This document shows, one piece after another, positions 41,101 to 53,776 of a stretch of 64,000 nt of DNA (position 1 is the stretch's first letter; each line of letters opens with the position of its first letter). The notes beneath the pieces were generated by a model, which saw nothing but the letters and a program-made list of their open reading frames with translations, searched no databases and was not told where the DNA came from. Location of the stretch: assembly GCA_030704615.1 (NCBI GenBank), contig CM060731.1, positions 10,168,001-10,232,000 on the forward strand, in the 5' to 3' direction. Made by a program: the position numbers and the translations under genes. Origin of the DNA: Takakia lepidozioides. Taxonomy: Eukaryota; Plantae; Bryophyta.

Positions 41101-42171
41101 TTTCCAGAGCAGAGCCTTTTCGTGAACAGATTGGTTGTGTTTGTAGAGGCTGATGATCTTCTCTCTGTTCATTTTATCAATCTGTGGGTAGCTCTAGTGT
41201 GCATTAGCGAGTCGCGTGCCAGTGCGTTGCTGGTTCGAGTTTCTCGTTTGATATTCGTTTACCAGCCTGTGTTTGTATTTTTTTTAGCTAGCATTCTGCA
41301 TGAAGCTTCCAATGTTCTCTTCATTGAGCTACCTGTTTACATATGACCACTTGTTTGCGAAAGGGTTCTTTGCGACAGTCGACTCTTCAAGTCTGTGTAC
41401 CTTCCTAGGTAGACATATATAAGTACATCTTCGAAATATCCTCCCGACATATCATCAACGCTGCTCTAAGTTAGATCTTTCTTACCTGTCCTACGTCAGA
41501 ACTTCCTGAAAATGTCGCTGTTATCGAGCAAGCCACAGTTTATGAAGGCCTCAATTGACCAGGCTTCTATCGTTGATACCAATTAGCAGTAAAGTCTACT
41601 CAAGTTTGCACATTCTGGCAGGGTTGGCAATCCTCTGAAAGCACTACCAGGACATGCGGATTGTTCTGATTTGAGGACTTCCCTTGGTAAACCCTGTTCA
41701 CGCTGACCCGTGAAAGGGTCTCTCGAGGAGTACTTATGTGGGACAAGGAAGTTGTTCCACTGCTGTTAAGATCCTGTTACTTGCATACTCTTTCTCCCCT
41801 CAAGTGAAGAAAATGCTAACGTAGTTTAACTATTTGTGAGTTGCATTCCAACATCTCATCTGGAAATCCTCCCAACTCTCCCGGGCAGCATTCCCTTGCT
41901 GAAAATAGATTTTTCTTACAGCGTCCTTTCAGTTTGTTGTGTTGGACCCCTTGTCTTCCATGCTGGTGTGAAACGGGTAAAAACCATGATTGATTGCAGC
42001 TCTGGAAAAAGCACAGGGGTAGTGGCCAGGCTGAAGCGCGGTAGTCAAAATGTGATTTTGGTGTAACAGTCCGTTTGAGGGAAACGGAGAGAGGCTGTGC
42101 GTAAAAGAGATTTGATTACAGACGCTGAAATTCAGTCTCTGTGAGCAAGTCTTACATAGCTGTCCAGTATA

Positions 42172-43452
42172 ATGTCTCGATATACGAGGTTGAAGCGCAC
42201 CGGATTCGGCAAAGATGATGAAAGAGATACCTATTTGTTTAGTACTTCTGATCGAACTCCTCGCGAAGGCATGGGGACGGCTCAATCCACTTTCCCAGCA
42301 AGCTCGAACTCTCTGAGAGTAACCTCACCAGGAGATGTTCAAAGACAGCCTTCGGACTCTCCGCGAGCCAGCTCAGTCGGGGAAAGGATTGAGTGGTCCA
42401 ATGGAACCTCGACTGGATATCAAAATGGCATTGTAAATGGGAGTGAAGCTTGGCATGGGGCTTCTGCTACGAATGGACCGCGTTTGTCCGTAAGTGAGCG
42501 TGCCCAGGACACAGCGCCCACCCACAATGGCGGCTCAGCGAACACAGGACCCTCCAAGTCAACACAACAACGAGCTGAAACTGGGCAATGGCCAGCATCT
42601 TTGCAACATGAGGGTTCTTACAGGCAAGATAAAGATCGGACGACAAAAGGGCAACGAGGGCTCCCAGTGGAAAAACCATCTGAGCAGGGTGCCCTCGGTG
42701 TGCCAAAAACTCCATCTATGTGGGAAGAAAATGGCCGGTCGGCAGCCCCGCCAGCTCTCCAGCGGTCGGGGTCTTTGAGTGAAACTCGCGTCAATGGTGC
42801 GGCTACAGCTACGGATCAAAGTGGGCACCTTGGGGCTGCATTGAAAAGGAACAGTTCAGTAAAAGAAATTCAGGGGTGGGTAGCACAACGAACGCCATCG
42901 ATGCGGGTATCTGGGCAATATCCTGCGCCAGAGGCCGACAAGAGCTCCGGATTGAAAAGTGATAACAAAGCGCCATGGGAAGAATTCAGACTACAGCATA
43001 ACTCGTTGGAGGTAGATTCTCTGCAAAAACCGCAGTCGATGAGAGATGATGACTTAAGTTATGGTTCGTCCGAGAGGAAAGGGGGAGGCTATGTTGCCAG
43101 AGAAAGTCGCGGAAACGCCAATGGAGCACCTAGGTCATTCAAATTTCAGAAAGCAGTGTCCATGAGAGAAGGGGGAGCTCATTCTGACCAAATCATGCAA
43201 ATGGCTCTTGCCTATACTGAAAGAGAAGGGATTCCACATGCCGTCCTTGAATGCGCGGCCTGCGGGAGAAGCCTTGCAGTCATAGTGCAGGGCAACCCGG
43301 GGATTGAAACTTCCTTCTGCCAGACCTGTCGTCCCGTAGCCCTTGGGAGCTCATCCAACACTCGAGAGCCGAAGAGGAAGAATAAGGGGCTGGTTCAGTA
43401 TTGTCGCAAGATCCTCCATCTTGGACGCAAGCCGAATCACCAAAGGTTATGA
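42172..43452 (+). CDS. Single-exon 426-aa mostly disordered protein with a C-terminal CxxC-x19-CxxC motif and basic tail; function unknown
   Basis: 1.28-kb uninterrupted ORF, S/G/R-rich with repeated RxxSM/RxxSL motifs; ECAACG..FCQTC. GC-rich region at 40500-40700 and a CT tract at ~41035 are consistent with an upstream promoter and leader intron. Confidence 0.78.
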   Translation: MSRYTRLKRTGFGKDDERDTYLFSTSDRTPREGMGTAQSTFPASSNSLRVTSPGDVQRQPSDSPRASSVGERIEWSNGTSTGYQNGIVNGSEAWHGASATNGPRLSVSERAQDTAPTHNGGSANTGPSKSTQQRAETGQWPASLQHEGSYRQDKDRTTKGQRGLPVEKPSEQGALGVPKTPSMWEENGRSAAPPALQRSGSLSETRVNGAATATDQSGHLGAALKRNSSVKEIQGWVAQRTPSMRVSGQYPAPEADKSSGLKSDNKAPWEEFRLQHNSLEVDSLQKPQSMRDDDLSYGSSERKGGGYVARESRGNANGAPRSFKFQKAVSMREGGAHSDQIMQMALAYTEREGIPHAVLECAACGRSLAVIVQGNPGIETSFCQTCRPVALGSSSNTREPKRKNKGLVQYCRKILHLGRKPNHQRL

Positions 43453-46400
43453 GAACATTACATCTCTCTCTAGCTGCATCCGGCCAGGTGGTCATCCTAT
43501 GATCCAACAGATTGCCCAAGACTACGCCACTGCCCAGTTGAAGCTGAAGCCGGATAGACAAATTAAGGCGAAGTAATCGAGAGGTGGAAGAGGAGCCTGA
43601 GCGAGAAGACCAGCATCTCTCCCTCCAAATTGGTAGAAAGAAAGATGGTGTCTTTCTGGATGGACAGGTTCCACTAGGCTAAGCTTGTGGATTTCACTTG
43701 TCTCTGTCATTTTGGCACAAGAAAGGTTTACTGTGTACAGAGTTGCCTGCAGATGCACATTATTACTTGCAGGCGCTAAATTGGGTGCCATGCATGAACA
43801 TTTGTTCAAAGAAATGTACAATGGGGTCCAAGTTGGGGGTGACTCTGCAACCTGCAGAAAGAAAAGGTCTGTGTACAACAAGTAGGACTATTGCATACCT
43901 AGATCTCTCAACTGCAACATGAACAGTAACGCACTGTTGTCTCTCCCCTCTGCCTTCATGGCCCTCGCAAGTTTTGCACTGTAGGCTTAAGGCTCGTTTG
44001 CTGACGCATCCAGAACTCTGCATATGGGGGTTACCTTTAGTCATTTCCCTCGTGCGATTCTCATTAACAGTAGCGTTCATGAATTTGGGTACTGGTTAGC
44101 AGGAGTTTTAAATTCAGTAGGTCAAGGTTGGGTACTGGCACAACAGCATACTCCCTCATATTCCCAAAATAATCAAAGCATATGCCATGTCAGGTCTAAT
44201 AATGCTGAAAAAACCAGGTGAAAATATGTACATCTGCAAAAGTTACCTTAATTTTTCATGTTCGATAAATCCCGGGTCCATATGAAGGTAAGGGTTTAGC
44301 TTCTTACAACATGTAAGCTTAATTTGTCATGTTTTATTTGTGTAATTACCTTCAAGCAGTGTTATATAAATCATATCCATCACGTCGCATCAGAAATTGA
44401 CATTGACGCGACCTACATCACGTCCGTTTTGACTGGGATAATGGTAAATATATTTGGGGGGTGGAAGATTGTCACATCATTAGTCACTTTGATACATGCG
44501 TTGACGATGTGACGGCGACAATATTGGCGGTCGTAACTAATTAAACATAAAATAAATATTTGCCCGCCGCCTAAATTTGACTATCGCAGTTAATATAAAA
44601 TAAAAGGTGAAATTGTCAAAACTCGGCAGTCGCAGCTAATTAAAAGATAGAAATATGTGAGATCGCAAAAATTCAACGGTCGCATATTTTTTTGCATAAA
44701 ACATAACGTTTGAGGCCGCACCTCTCTATGATTCACCATATCGCCTTTCAAATGAAAGAGAACTTTGTCAAATGGCGCCTCATGGCGAGGTTATTATCAG
44801 TGTTGCGCAGTCTGCAGATATTCGATTCAGCATCAAATCCCTTGCGGATCCGAACATGGATATATACATATATATTGGATCTGGCGGAGGTCAAAAAATC
44901 AAATATCCGGATATGAAGAGATGAGTTGAGCACCGGCGGTTTTGTATTTTTTTTTTAAAATTGATTCGAACTGGAATTAGTGGTCCAAAAGAAGCAGGTA
45001 ATTATGAATCCATATATCCGCATTTAAAACTGGAGGTTATAATAATCCGGATAATAGCCGATTATTGCGTTCCGATATAAACGAGGCGATCATAGTGATG
45101 AGCTGGCCCTCTCTTCATTTCATTTTGACGGCCCACCTAAAAGGAGCAGTAGCCGCAAGGTGAAGTGGCTCTTAGTTACGCCGCCTGTGCCGAAGTCGCC
45201 GAAGTCTTCTCTCTCTCTCACGTATTAATATTTTTAATACATTGGAATTTTTAACCTCTAAGGGCCAAAGTGACTCGAATGGGGTCGATGCTGTTTCCAT
45301 CCACAGAATAACTTCCATGGATGAATGTGGATGAAAAAGTGGACTGAATGGAAAAGGAGCACGGAATCCACCTGCACCTGGGTGAATTTATTGCACCCCA
45401 AAATAATAAAAACCTAGCCACCTACGATTTTCTAAGCCCTTAGGGGTACCCAAAAATCAGCGGTTGGAGGCCATGGAGCACAGTTGACCTGCCCATGTGG
45501 CAGGCCAATGTCATCATTTTGCGGCAATGGACCTAACAGCGGGCTGCATGTCCGACCGCCCGCCAAAGCGCCTGCGAAAAATGTTCTGCCGGCGGTTCAC
45601 ATTAGCTTGACCTGAAAATGATTATGAAACATAGAAAAAATGCCATCTAAAAATGCTACTTGCAGAGCCCACCAAAGTAATGTTGAGGCGAGACAAGCCA
45701 AGTAGCAAAGCTTAGCCTTCACCCTCTTTATATACACTCTCAAGTGGTGGGCCCTAGCCCACTCAAGTGGTGGTAAGCCTTCCCAAAGCTTGGTCAGCAG
45801 CTCCTCCACTCGACTGTAGAAGGAAGGTCCCACAGCCTCGTCATGTTTTTTTACTAACATGTTTTCCTTCTCGACACAGGGCCTTCATAACTATTACTTA
45901 CGCTTGGCTTCCAACCCCATTGGATGCTCCATTTTTTATTTTTTTTGTAACCTTCATAATTAATACCCACTAAAATTTGGGAACTTATTTATGATTTGAT
46001 TTTTTTGTGGAAGGAAATACCGGGGAGCGGGCCGCTCACAAATCAGGCCCCTTAATTATAGTCAGAGGAGAAAATAACCTCTTTCGTAGTAACAAGGGTT
46101 GTGCGGTTATTTGATTATTTTTATATCAGCCGGTTACGGATGTTTAAGTTCAACTTTGTGTTCACATCATCCGATTCCGGGGTTTTGGAGCTTTCCCGTT
46201 TCTGATATCCTACCGGTTGGCAGCAAATACAAAATTTAACCCTATGCGGCTATGGACAATTGGAGTTTATGTCAGGATGGATTCCAGCAATTCAGTATCC
46301 GGTTATCAAATAAATCCAAGTTTATTTTAATAAACTAAAATAACCCAAACTTAACCCATAAACGCAAGATGCCATTTTGGTGGGCCACCTCCAAAACTGG

Positions 46401-46978
46401 ACAAGCCTCATTGATGAGGCTATATCTGCACTGACTATTCATCTACAAAAATGAACCTTACCAACATTTATCTACCTACTACATCTAACTACTTGACACT
46501 AAAGCAAAAATCCATGGTGGAATTTTCAACTTCACAAAAAAATTGATGAAAAATTCATTTCACCAGGATGATTTGCTGGCTTGATATATTTTTTTGGGGC
46601 ACGGACCTTCGGATTCAGAAAGTAAAGAGGGTTAGAGGTGTGCTCTCCCAATTTGAGGACCAAATTCTGAAAATTTCAAGTGGCTCCTTTGTATGTCCAA
46701 TGAGGGGGGTATAACAATGGAAATTCCAGCGCACTCACAGATAGAATGCTCCATAGAAGCTTAAATTTTTTGCAGAATGGAAATTCCTTTGGTGTAGTCC
46801 TCCATTGCAAGAAGGTAAAGATGAACGTCGATTTGTTTTTGGAAATTTTATCATAATGCAAACTAGAACTTTAACCATATTTAATTCAATTGATTCCTCA
46901 ATATATAGCCTGAATAACCCGGCCGCACCGCGCTGCTAACGTAGCAACCAATGTTGTGCAGGTAAATAGATTTTTGCT

Positions 46979-47210
46979 TATCCTCCGGGTAAGGGTAAAT
47001 AAAAATAAGAGGTTTATTTATCCTCCGGGTAAGGGTAAATTATTTATATGTCCATTTATTTATCCTACAGGTAAGGGTAAATTATTGATATGTCAATTTA
47101 TTTATCCTACGGGTAAAGGGTAAAGGCCAATATTTCGTCCGGGTAAGGATAAATACCAGGTAAGGATATATGATTTACCTTTTTTATACCCGCCGGGTAA
47201 ATAACGGATA
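46979..47210. repeat. ~41-bp tandem repeat (TTTATCCTCCGGGTAAGGGTAAAT core), 4 clear copies plus degenerate ones; probable DNA-transposon subterminal remnant
   Basis: Core recurs at ~46979, 47019, 47060, 47102 and decays at 47138-47200. No TIR or TSD was identified. Confidence 0.7.
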
Positions 47211-48384
47211 TATAGAAGGATATATAATTTTTTTAGTTTATTATGCTCAACTCAAAAAATATAACTAACTAATTAAGATAATCAATTGTCTATTTATTGG
47301 TTTAGTAGGCTCATTGTATCATATGTTGTCTAGGGATAGAAATAGACTAGGGAAAATGACCAGATATGAGTATATGTTAGTGCTGTCAAGTTATTTCACC
47401 ACTAGTGTGAAACTAGCTAGGAAATAGCTAGCTTTTACATATTGACATTTGGGATTGGCCCAAGTGTCAATCCAGGGGTCAAGGCAGATTTAGGCCCTGG
47501 AGTGGTTATCTTCACGGCAAGTGCGGGAGGCTCATCTTTCTCGAGTTGAGCCTCACCGCGCCTAGCTATGGCGCCGTAGTGTGGATTCCCCATGGCGTGG
47601 GGTGCACTTGACTTGACTTGTATTTGAGTGATGAGGTTATATATGCATGAGTTTATGCTTCAACTCGCATGAGCTTGTGCTTGTATTTTTCTTCTTTATC
47701 ACTCGAGAAAGATGAGCTCGTATCTGTAAGTATCAGATACGAGTTAGTTGTAGCACTTGTGGTTTTTGCTTGAGAATGAGAGAAACCAAGTTGTTATGCA
47801 AGGAGCACTGTGGAGCTCTTGGTTGTTAGAAGCGGAGGCGATGTGGGTTACGAGGTAGTACACCTTGGCATTCGATCTTTAGCTTCAGAGATGAAAGCAC
47901 CATGCTGTATGTAATTCCAGAGCACCTTGATGGTTTCAGATTGTGTACATGCATGAGCAAGCACGATTGGGAAGAGGACCAGTCAAGAGCAGGTTAGAGT
48001 GGCTTTGGTGGCAAAGCTGAGAACTGGACTTGGGAATGCGAGCTTTCATTGTGTGAATGATTACAAAACCAAGCGAAAAGGCTGATTTGGTTTGGGGCAA
48101 ATCAGTGCACTTTGTGGAGTATGTTGAGATTGGGTTTCAATCTCGAGCTTCAGCATTGAAAGGGCTCTTGTCATGGCAAGAGCAGGGCTAGAACAGGAGC
48201 TAAGAGGTGCGGCAAGGCCAAGGAATGTGCACCTAGGGTTTCAGAGCTTGAAAGAAGAGCCCTTGCACCACAATAGGAGTGTCTTGTGGCTGGAAATGTA
48301 AGCCTTAGGGTTTCTGGAGCTTGGCAAAGGCTGTGGAGTGCTTAGTCTTGTCTTAGAGAGCATCAAGGAGCCAAGGAGCCAAGA

Positions 48385-48845
48385 TAGGGGGCTGATACCT
48401 CTTGTGTGAAGAGGTTGCATGTATGGAGCATGTATTCAGCTCATTGAAGCTTCCATCTTCAAGCTTGGAGGGCAAGCAAGGAAGAGGGAAGGGCTGACTT
48501 CCCTTATGTGAGGGCAATGCATGTGTGGAGCATGCTTTCAGCCTGTTGAAGGCTTGTACTTTCAGGTTTGGGAATGCAAGAAAGGAAGGAAGGGGTTGGT
48601 TTCCCTGTAGGGCATGTGTGGAGCATGCTTTCAGCCCGATGAAGCTTGTATTTTCAGGTTGGTGGGTGCAAGAAATGAAGCAAAGGGGCTGATTCTCTTG
48701 TGGTGAGAGTGGGGCATGTGTGGAGCATGCCTTCAGTCCATTGGGCTTTTGTTTTCAAGCTTTAGAGAGCTAGAAGAGAAGGTAAGGGGCTGATCTGCTC
48801 TTATGTAACAGTCCGACACTTGTAGAGCGTGTTCTAAGTTGGGGT
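48385..48845. repeat. Diverged ~100-bp tandem array (GGGGCTGAT..CATGTGTGGAGCATGC..TTCAAGCTT), ~4-5 copies
   Basis: catgtgtggagcatg-like core at ~48418, 48520, 48614, 48715 and 48820. Confidence 0.75.
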
Positions 48846-49244
48846 TTCAACCTCAAGCCTAGATAGAGCATGGCTCTTGAAGTGGCAGGTATAGGGGGCT
48901 GGAATAGGCTCTAAGACAGATGCTATGGCCAAGGAAAGCGCTTAAATGAGTGCTCACAAGGACTGGAAACCAGCAAGGCTTAGTTGGTTGCCATTGAGTT
49001 TAGTGGTGTGTTTGGGGAGTCTAAGTGAGAAAGAAGGCTTGGTTTGTGGCAACCATTTTCCTCATGGCTTAGAGCTACTATTGGTGGTGTGTGGTAGCCG
49101 AAAGAGCAAGAATACCTTGCTGATTTCTTCACAGCCGCCATAGCTCGGTGCAAATAAGCCTAGAGTCCAAGAGACACAAACCCTAGCTTGGCGTGGCTAA
49201 ACCCTTTGGAGAAATGGTTAAACTGTCATGAGTGGCCATGGATG

Positions 49245-49640
49245 GGGCTGTGACGGGCTGTGCCATGTGGCCTGAGGGGCTGTGACAGGCTGTGCCCTGT
49301 GGCCTATGGGTCTGTGAGGGGCTGTAACAGGGTGTGTCATGTGGCCTGTGGGGCTGTGACGGGCTGTGAGGGGCTGTGACCTGTGGCCTATGGGGCTGTG
49401 AGGGGCTATGACAGGCTGTGCCATGTGGCCTGTGGGGCTGTGACGGGCTGTGCCCTGTGGCCTGTGGGTCTGTGACGGGCTGTGACGGGCTGTGGCCTTT
49501 GGGGTTGTGACCCCTGTGACCTGTGTAGGGCTGTGACAGGCTGTGCCTGTGGCCTTTAGGGTTGTGATGGGCTATGATAGGCTGTGGTCTGTGTGGGGCA
49601 GTGACGGCTGTGACCAGTGATCTGTGTGGGCCTGTGCTGG
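49245..49640. repeat. GGGCTGTGAC-based minisatellite
   Basis: Many gggctgtgac/ggctgtgcc/tgtggcct units; this repeat generates the spurious HSPSQPHRP ORF. Confidence 0.9.
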
Positions 49641-50530
49641 TCTGTGGTGGCCCGTGTTGACATGTGGACGGCCTGTGCTGACTCGTGGAGGCATTGGTGG
49701 ACTGCCTAAGGACTGGCATGTGGTCTTGAAGGCCGAATGTTGAAGCTCGTGGAGGGCGGTTTGAGGAGTATCTTCATGATATTCCCATGGTCATGCAAGT
49801 GAGGGAAGAGATAAGAAAAAGAGTGTTGGGATGAGGGCATGTTGGGGTTAGGCATTGCTTTAGCTTCTCTTCCTCGTAGTTTTCCACCCTCTCATTAGGC
49901 CAAGATCTTTCCGTAGGTGGAGGCAAGCGTCAGTCCGGGTTTGTGCTGGGGTGTCCTTGCAGGAGCAACACCGTGGAGTTATTTTTGGTGTGGGGGAGTT
50001 GTCGTTCTGATTTCTTGTGTTTGGATCCCCTCCATACCTGCATGCTTGACTGTGCGCCATGTTAGTTTTGTGTGGGCGCTTGTTTTTATAGGTGATTGGT
50101 CCGGATTTGATCACCGGCCAGTCCTAGAGCATGCTGTCGATGGTGAGGCTGGGGTAATGACCAGTCAGACCATCATTGTTTCTCATGTGGTGAGGCTGGA
50201 AGTGATGACCAGCCAACCATAGGAGTGCTTGCGGTGGATGCAGGTGCAGGTGTAGGCTATGTTAGGAACCTAGTATTTCAAACCATAAGCCGCAACACGT
50301 TCTCTACCCGGTTACCTTGTGGAGAGGGGGTTAGGGACATGTTCATGACCGGTTGAGTGACAGTTTGTCAATACGGAGGTGTCACTAGTTGCTGGGGACA
50401 GTACCGGTTCGAGCACTAGCGATACTAGTGGATACACGAGATGAGGTGTGCGGTTTAGGCCACCTTCACCTCCTGTGTCTTCTACGGAAGGTTCTGATTC
50501 GGATTGTGAATCAGGATGACTCATACCGGC

Positions 50531-51107
50531 TGTCACGGACATAGCCCAAAAGAACTTACCAGGAGTAAATACCAGAAGTTATCAAGTTACCAAGTTACCA
50601 AAAATTACCATGACTTACCGTGATTTACCATGATCTACCATGATTTACCATTACTTACCAAGTTACCGGGAGTTTACCAAATTACCAAGAGCTTCTCCAT
50701 CAAGAAACCTTCGTTTAATCTTGGAAACTTCTCCAGCAATAAACCTCCATATGGGAAGCTTTTTGGGGAAGCTTCTTAGTAGCCAGTATATATAGAAGGC
50801 GAGACTGGACACTCTTCAGTCTCGCCAACACCAATTCAAGCTACTCTTGTTTCCAGTTCCCAGTACTCCAGTCCAGTTCCCAGTACTCTAGCCCAGTTTC
50901 CAGTATCTGGTACTCCAGTCCAGTTTCCAGCATTCCAGTATTCAAGTCGTGTTCCAATATCTTGTACTCTTGTTCATTGTTATAAAGATCGTCTTGATTC
51001 ATATTTACTAATCGTGCATTCGGCCACGTCGACCTTGACTTCTTGTCTAGCATTGTACCTCTAGTTTTATTTCTTGTTTGTGTTCAGTCATATTCTCGTC
51101 CTTGACA
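50531..51107 (+). repeat. 5' LTR of the chromovirus (577 bp)
   Basis: Direct repeat of 60601-61308; TATA at ~50787; TTACCA and CCAGT microrepeats. Confidence 0.95.
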
Positions 51108-51124
51108 GTTTGACGAGACTAAAG
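51108..51124 (+). promoter_or_regulatory. Non-tRNA (self-priming) primer-binding site
   Basis: GTTTGACGAGACTAAAG follows the LTR instead of TGG. It is complementary, with mismatches, to CTTCAGTCTCGCCAAC at ~50814-50829, about 25-30 nt after the LTR TATA box. Confidence 0.75.
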
Positions 51125-51146
51125 TTTGTTCTTTAATTAATTAAGA

Positions 51147-52166
51147 TGGAAGGCACATTTGCGGAAATGGTCACCACATTGCAGAGTCTTTAGCTCCAGA
51201 TGCAAGAACTTCGTACATCTACCGCCCAATTGCAAGCTGTCTCAAGATCTTGGCAACGCTTTCCACAATTTGCAACAACAAATTTCAGAATTAAAGGAGT
51301 CGAACAATGGATCTTCAACCATACGAGTCCCTACTGCAACGATTCCTCTTCAACAGATTACGAGAGAACCAAAGATCAGCATGCCCGAGAAATTTGGTGG
51401 GACGAGATCAAGATTTCGCGGTTTTGTTCAACAAGTACGATTGTTCCTACGACTACATCCATAACGCTACCCCGATGAAGGTATTTAAGTGGGATTCGTG
51501 GGCACCCTTCTATCAGGCACTGCCCTATCTTGGTTTGCACCGCTATTAGAAAACAATTCGCATTTACTATATAATTTTGAAACATTCATGTCCGAGTTCA
51601 CTGCAATGTTTGGAGAGAATGATAGAGAGAGAGTTGCAGAAACAAAGATGCGAAATCTTCGACAAGGAGCACGTCCTGCTTCCGTTTATGCTGTCGAATT
51701 TCGACAACTTGCGTGCGACCTCGACTGGAATGAGAAGAGCCTTATTAGTCAGTTTCGATGTGGACTAAGAGATGATGTAAAAGATTTGTTGCTGACAATG
51801 CCAAACGTGAGCACACTGAGTGAATTCATCACCCAAGTCATTGCATGCGATAATCGTTTGTTCGAAAGACGTCAAGAGAAGCGATCTGGATGGTCGACGA
51901 TGCATCATGTCACTGCTACTACGACACTAAATACAACGATCCATCAGACATCCAGTAGTGATCATATGCAGATTGATGTTGTCCGATTCAAACCATTGAC
52001 GCCACAAGAAAAACAAAGACGGCGCTCGAATGGATTATGCCTCTATTGCGGAGAAGAAGATCACATAGCATTAAACTGCCCCAACAAGAGAAGATTCAAA
52101 GCTCAGGGCACAACTCAAGTGTTCGATGCGAGGAGGTCGGAAAACAACGATGTCCAGTCACAGTAG
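51147..52166 (+). pseudogene. gag: Gag of the chromovirus (stops and frameshift in the N-terminal half)
   Basis: EPKISMPEKFGGTRSRFRGF, LLSGTALSWF, LRQG, CLYCGEEDHIALNC knuckle; in-frame TAA at ~51462 and ~51486. Confidence 0.92.
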
Positions 52167-53776
52167 GGACCATGCGGCTGGACACCACAAATTCCTTACC
52201 GAAAAAAGGTCTCTTTCTACCTCCAGACCCTGCACCTTGCTTCACAGTTCCGGTAAAAATCAGAGTGCAAAATCGAGATATCGTTGTAGAAGCACTTTTG
52301 GACTCAGGAGCTTCAGCTTGTTTTATGGACAAAAACTTTGCGAAACAACACAATTTAACGCTCATAAAGAAGAAACTCTCGGCCCCCGTTGAAGTCATCG
52401 ATGGACGACCGTTAGCATCAGGAAATGTGGTCCATGAAACTCGATCACTTGAAGTGAAGCTTAAAGATCAAGCATCACATATTGTTTTCAATGTCATCCA
52501 GTCTCCAACGAATCGTGTGATCCTTGGACTTCCCTGGTTCGTACTTCACAATCCCGACATTGACTGGCGATCGCGAAAAATTTCTCCAAGACAAAAATAT
52601 AGAAATATAAAAGGTATTCAACCCCTATTCCTTGGAGCTAGAGCTTTCATGAGAGCTACCAAAAAAGAGGCGGCATTTGCACTTTATGCGACTCCGATCA
52701 AGACCACAACAGACAAAGGTACTTCAACATTATCCGCTCAATATCAAGATTTCAAATATGTCTTCGAGAAGACATTCAAAATCACCCGCGGGGGCGCCTA
52801 ATTGTGAAAAGGAAGGACGGATCATTACGCATATGTGTCGACTATCGCGGTCTCAACAAAGTCACAATCAAGAATCGTTATCCGTTGCCGCTGATTTCTG
52901 GGCTTCTCGACCAGCTGGGACGAGCGAAGATTTTCACCAAAATCGACTTGAGAATAGCCTATAACCTTGTATGGATAAAAGAAGGAGACGAATGGAAAAC
53001 AGTTTTTCGAACAAGGTATGGACATTTTGAATACAGTGTTATGCCTTTCGGTCTTACCAATGCTCCAGCAATTTTCCAACATATGATGAATGACATCTTT
53101 CGAGAATTTTTAGATGACTTTGTAGTCATCTATTTGGACGACATTTTGATATTTTCACAGAATGAAGAAGAACATGACCGCCATGTACGCGTTGTCCTTG
53201 ATAAATTACGAGAAAGAGGACTATATGCCAAGTTGGAGAAATGACTTTTCCATCAATCTGAGGTCGAATTTCTGGGCTATATTATTTCCGACAAATGCGT
53301 TTTTATGGATCAGAAGAAAATACAAACCATCATCGAGTGGATTAAACCAACTTCGGTCCGAGATATACTATATTTTGTGGGCTTTGCAAATTTCTATAGA
53401 ATCTTCATCAATGACTACTCCAAAATTATTGCACCGTTGACACGACTCACAGGGAAGGACAAATTTGTATGGGACGAGAAGGCTGACGAGAAGCATTTGA
53501 AAGGCTGAAGTAGGTATTTACAACGGCTCCAATACTGGTACATGCAGACCCATCTAAACCATTCTTCTTAGAAGCAGATGCATCGGACTTTGCACTTGGC
53601 GCGGTACTCTCGCAATACGGTACAGATGGCCGACTCCACCCTGTTGGTTTTCGTTCTCGCAAATTTTCCGCTGCGGAGATCAATTATGAAATTCATGACA
53701 AAAAACTTCTAGCGATTATCGATGTTTTTGAGGAGTGACGACATCTATTGGAGGGAGCTAAACATCAGGTCACTGT
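52139..53776 (+). pseudogene. pol: Pol 5' part: protease, RT, RNase H start (disrupted)
   Basis: [62 protein letters not shown]-terminal deletion near 52780; stops and frameshifts. Confidence 0.95.

Larger units (their letters stand above)
47324..50297 (-). mobile_element. Probable ~3-kb 3' LTR of a minus-strand LTR retrotransposon that hosts the nested insertions
   Basis: TGTTG...CAACA termini. A purine-rich GGGTAGAGAACG precedes it on the minus strand (50298-50309). Internal tandem arrays, no long coding ORF. Its internal sequence resumes at 61314-61339 past the inserted Gypsy. Confidence 0.6.

Noticed and set aside
44300-46900. ATCCGG-rich patches suggesting hAT/MITE remnants
   Set aside because: TIRs and TSDs could not be defined by eye.
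46979-47210. Repeat-spacer-like array resembling CRISPR
   Set aside because: Eukaryotic context, the spacers resemble each other, and there are no cas genes; it is an ordinary tandem repeat.
49183-49719. 178-aa HSPSQPHRP-repeat ORF
   Set aside because: It is a translation of the GGGCTGTGAC minisatellite inside an LTR; no coding evidence.
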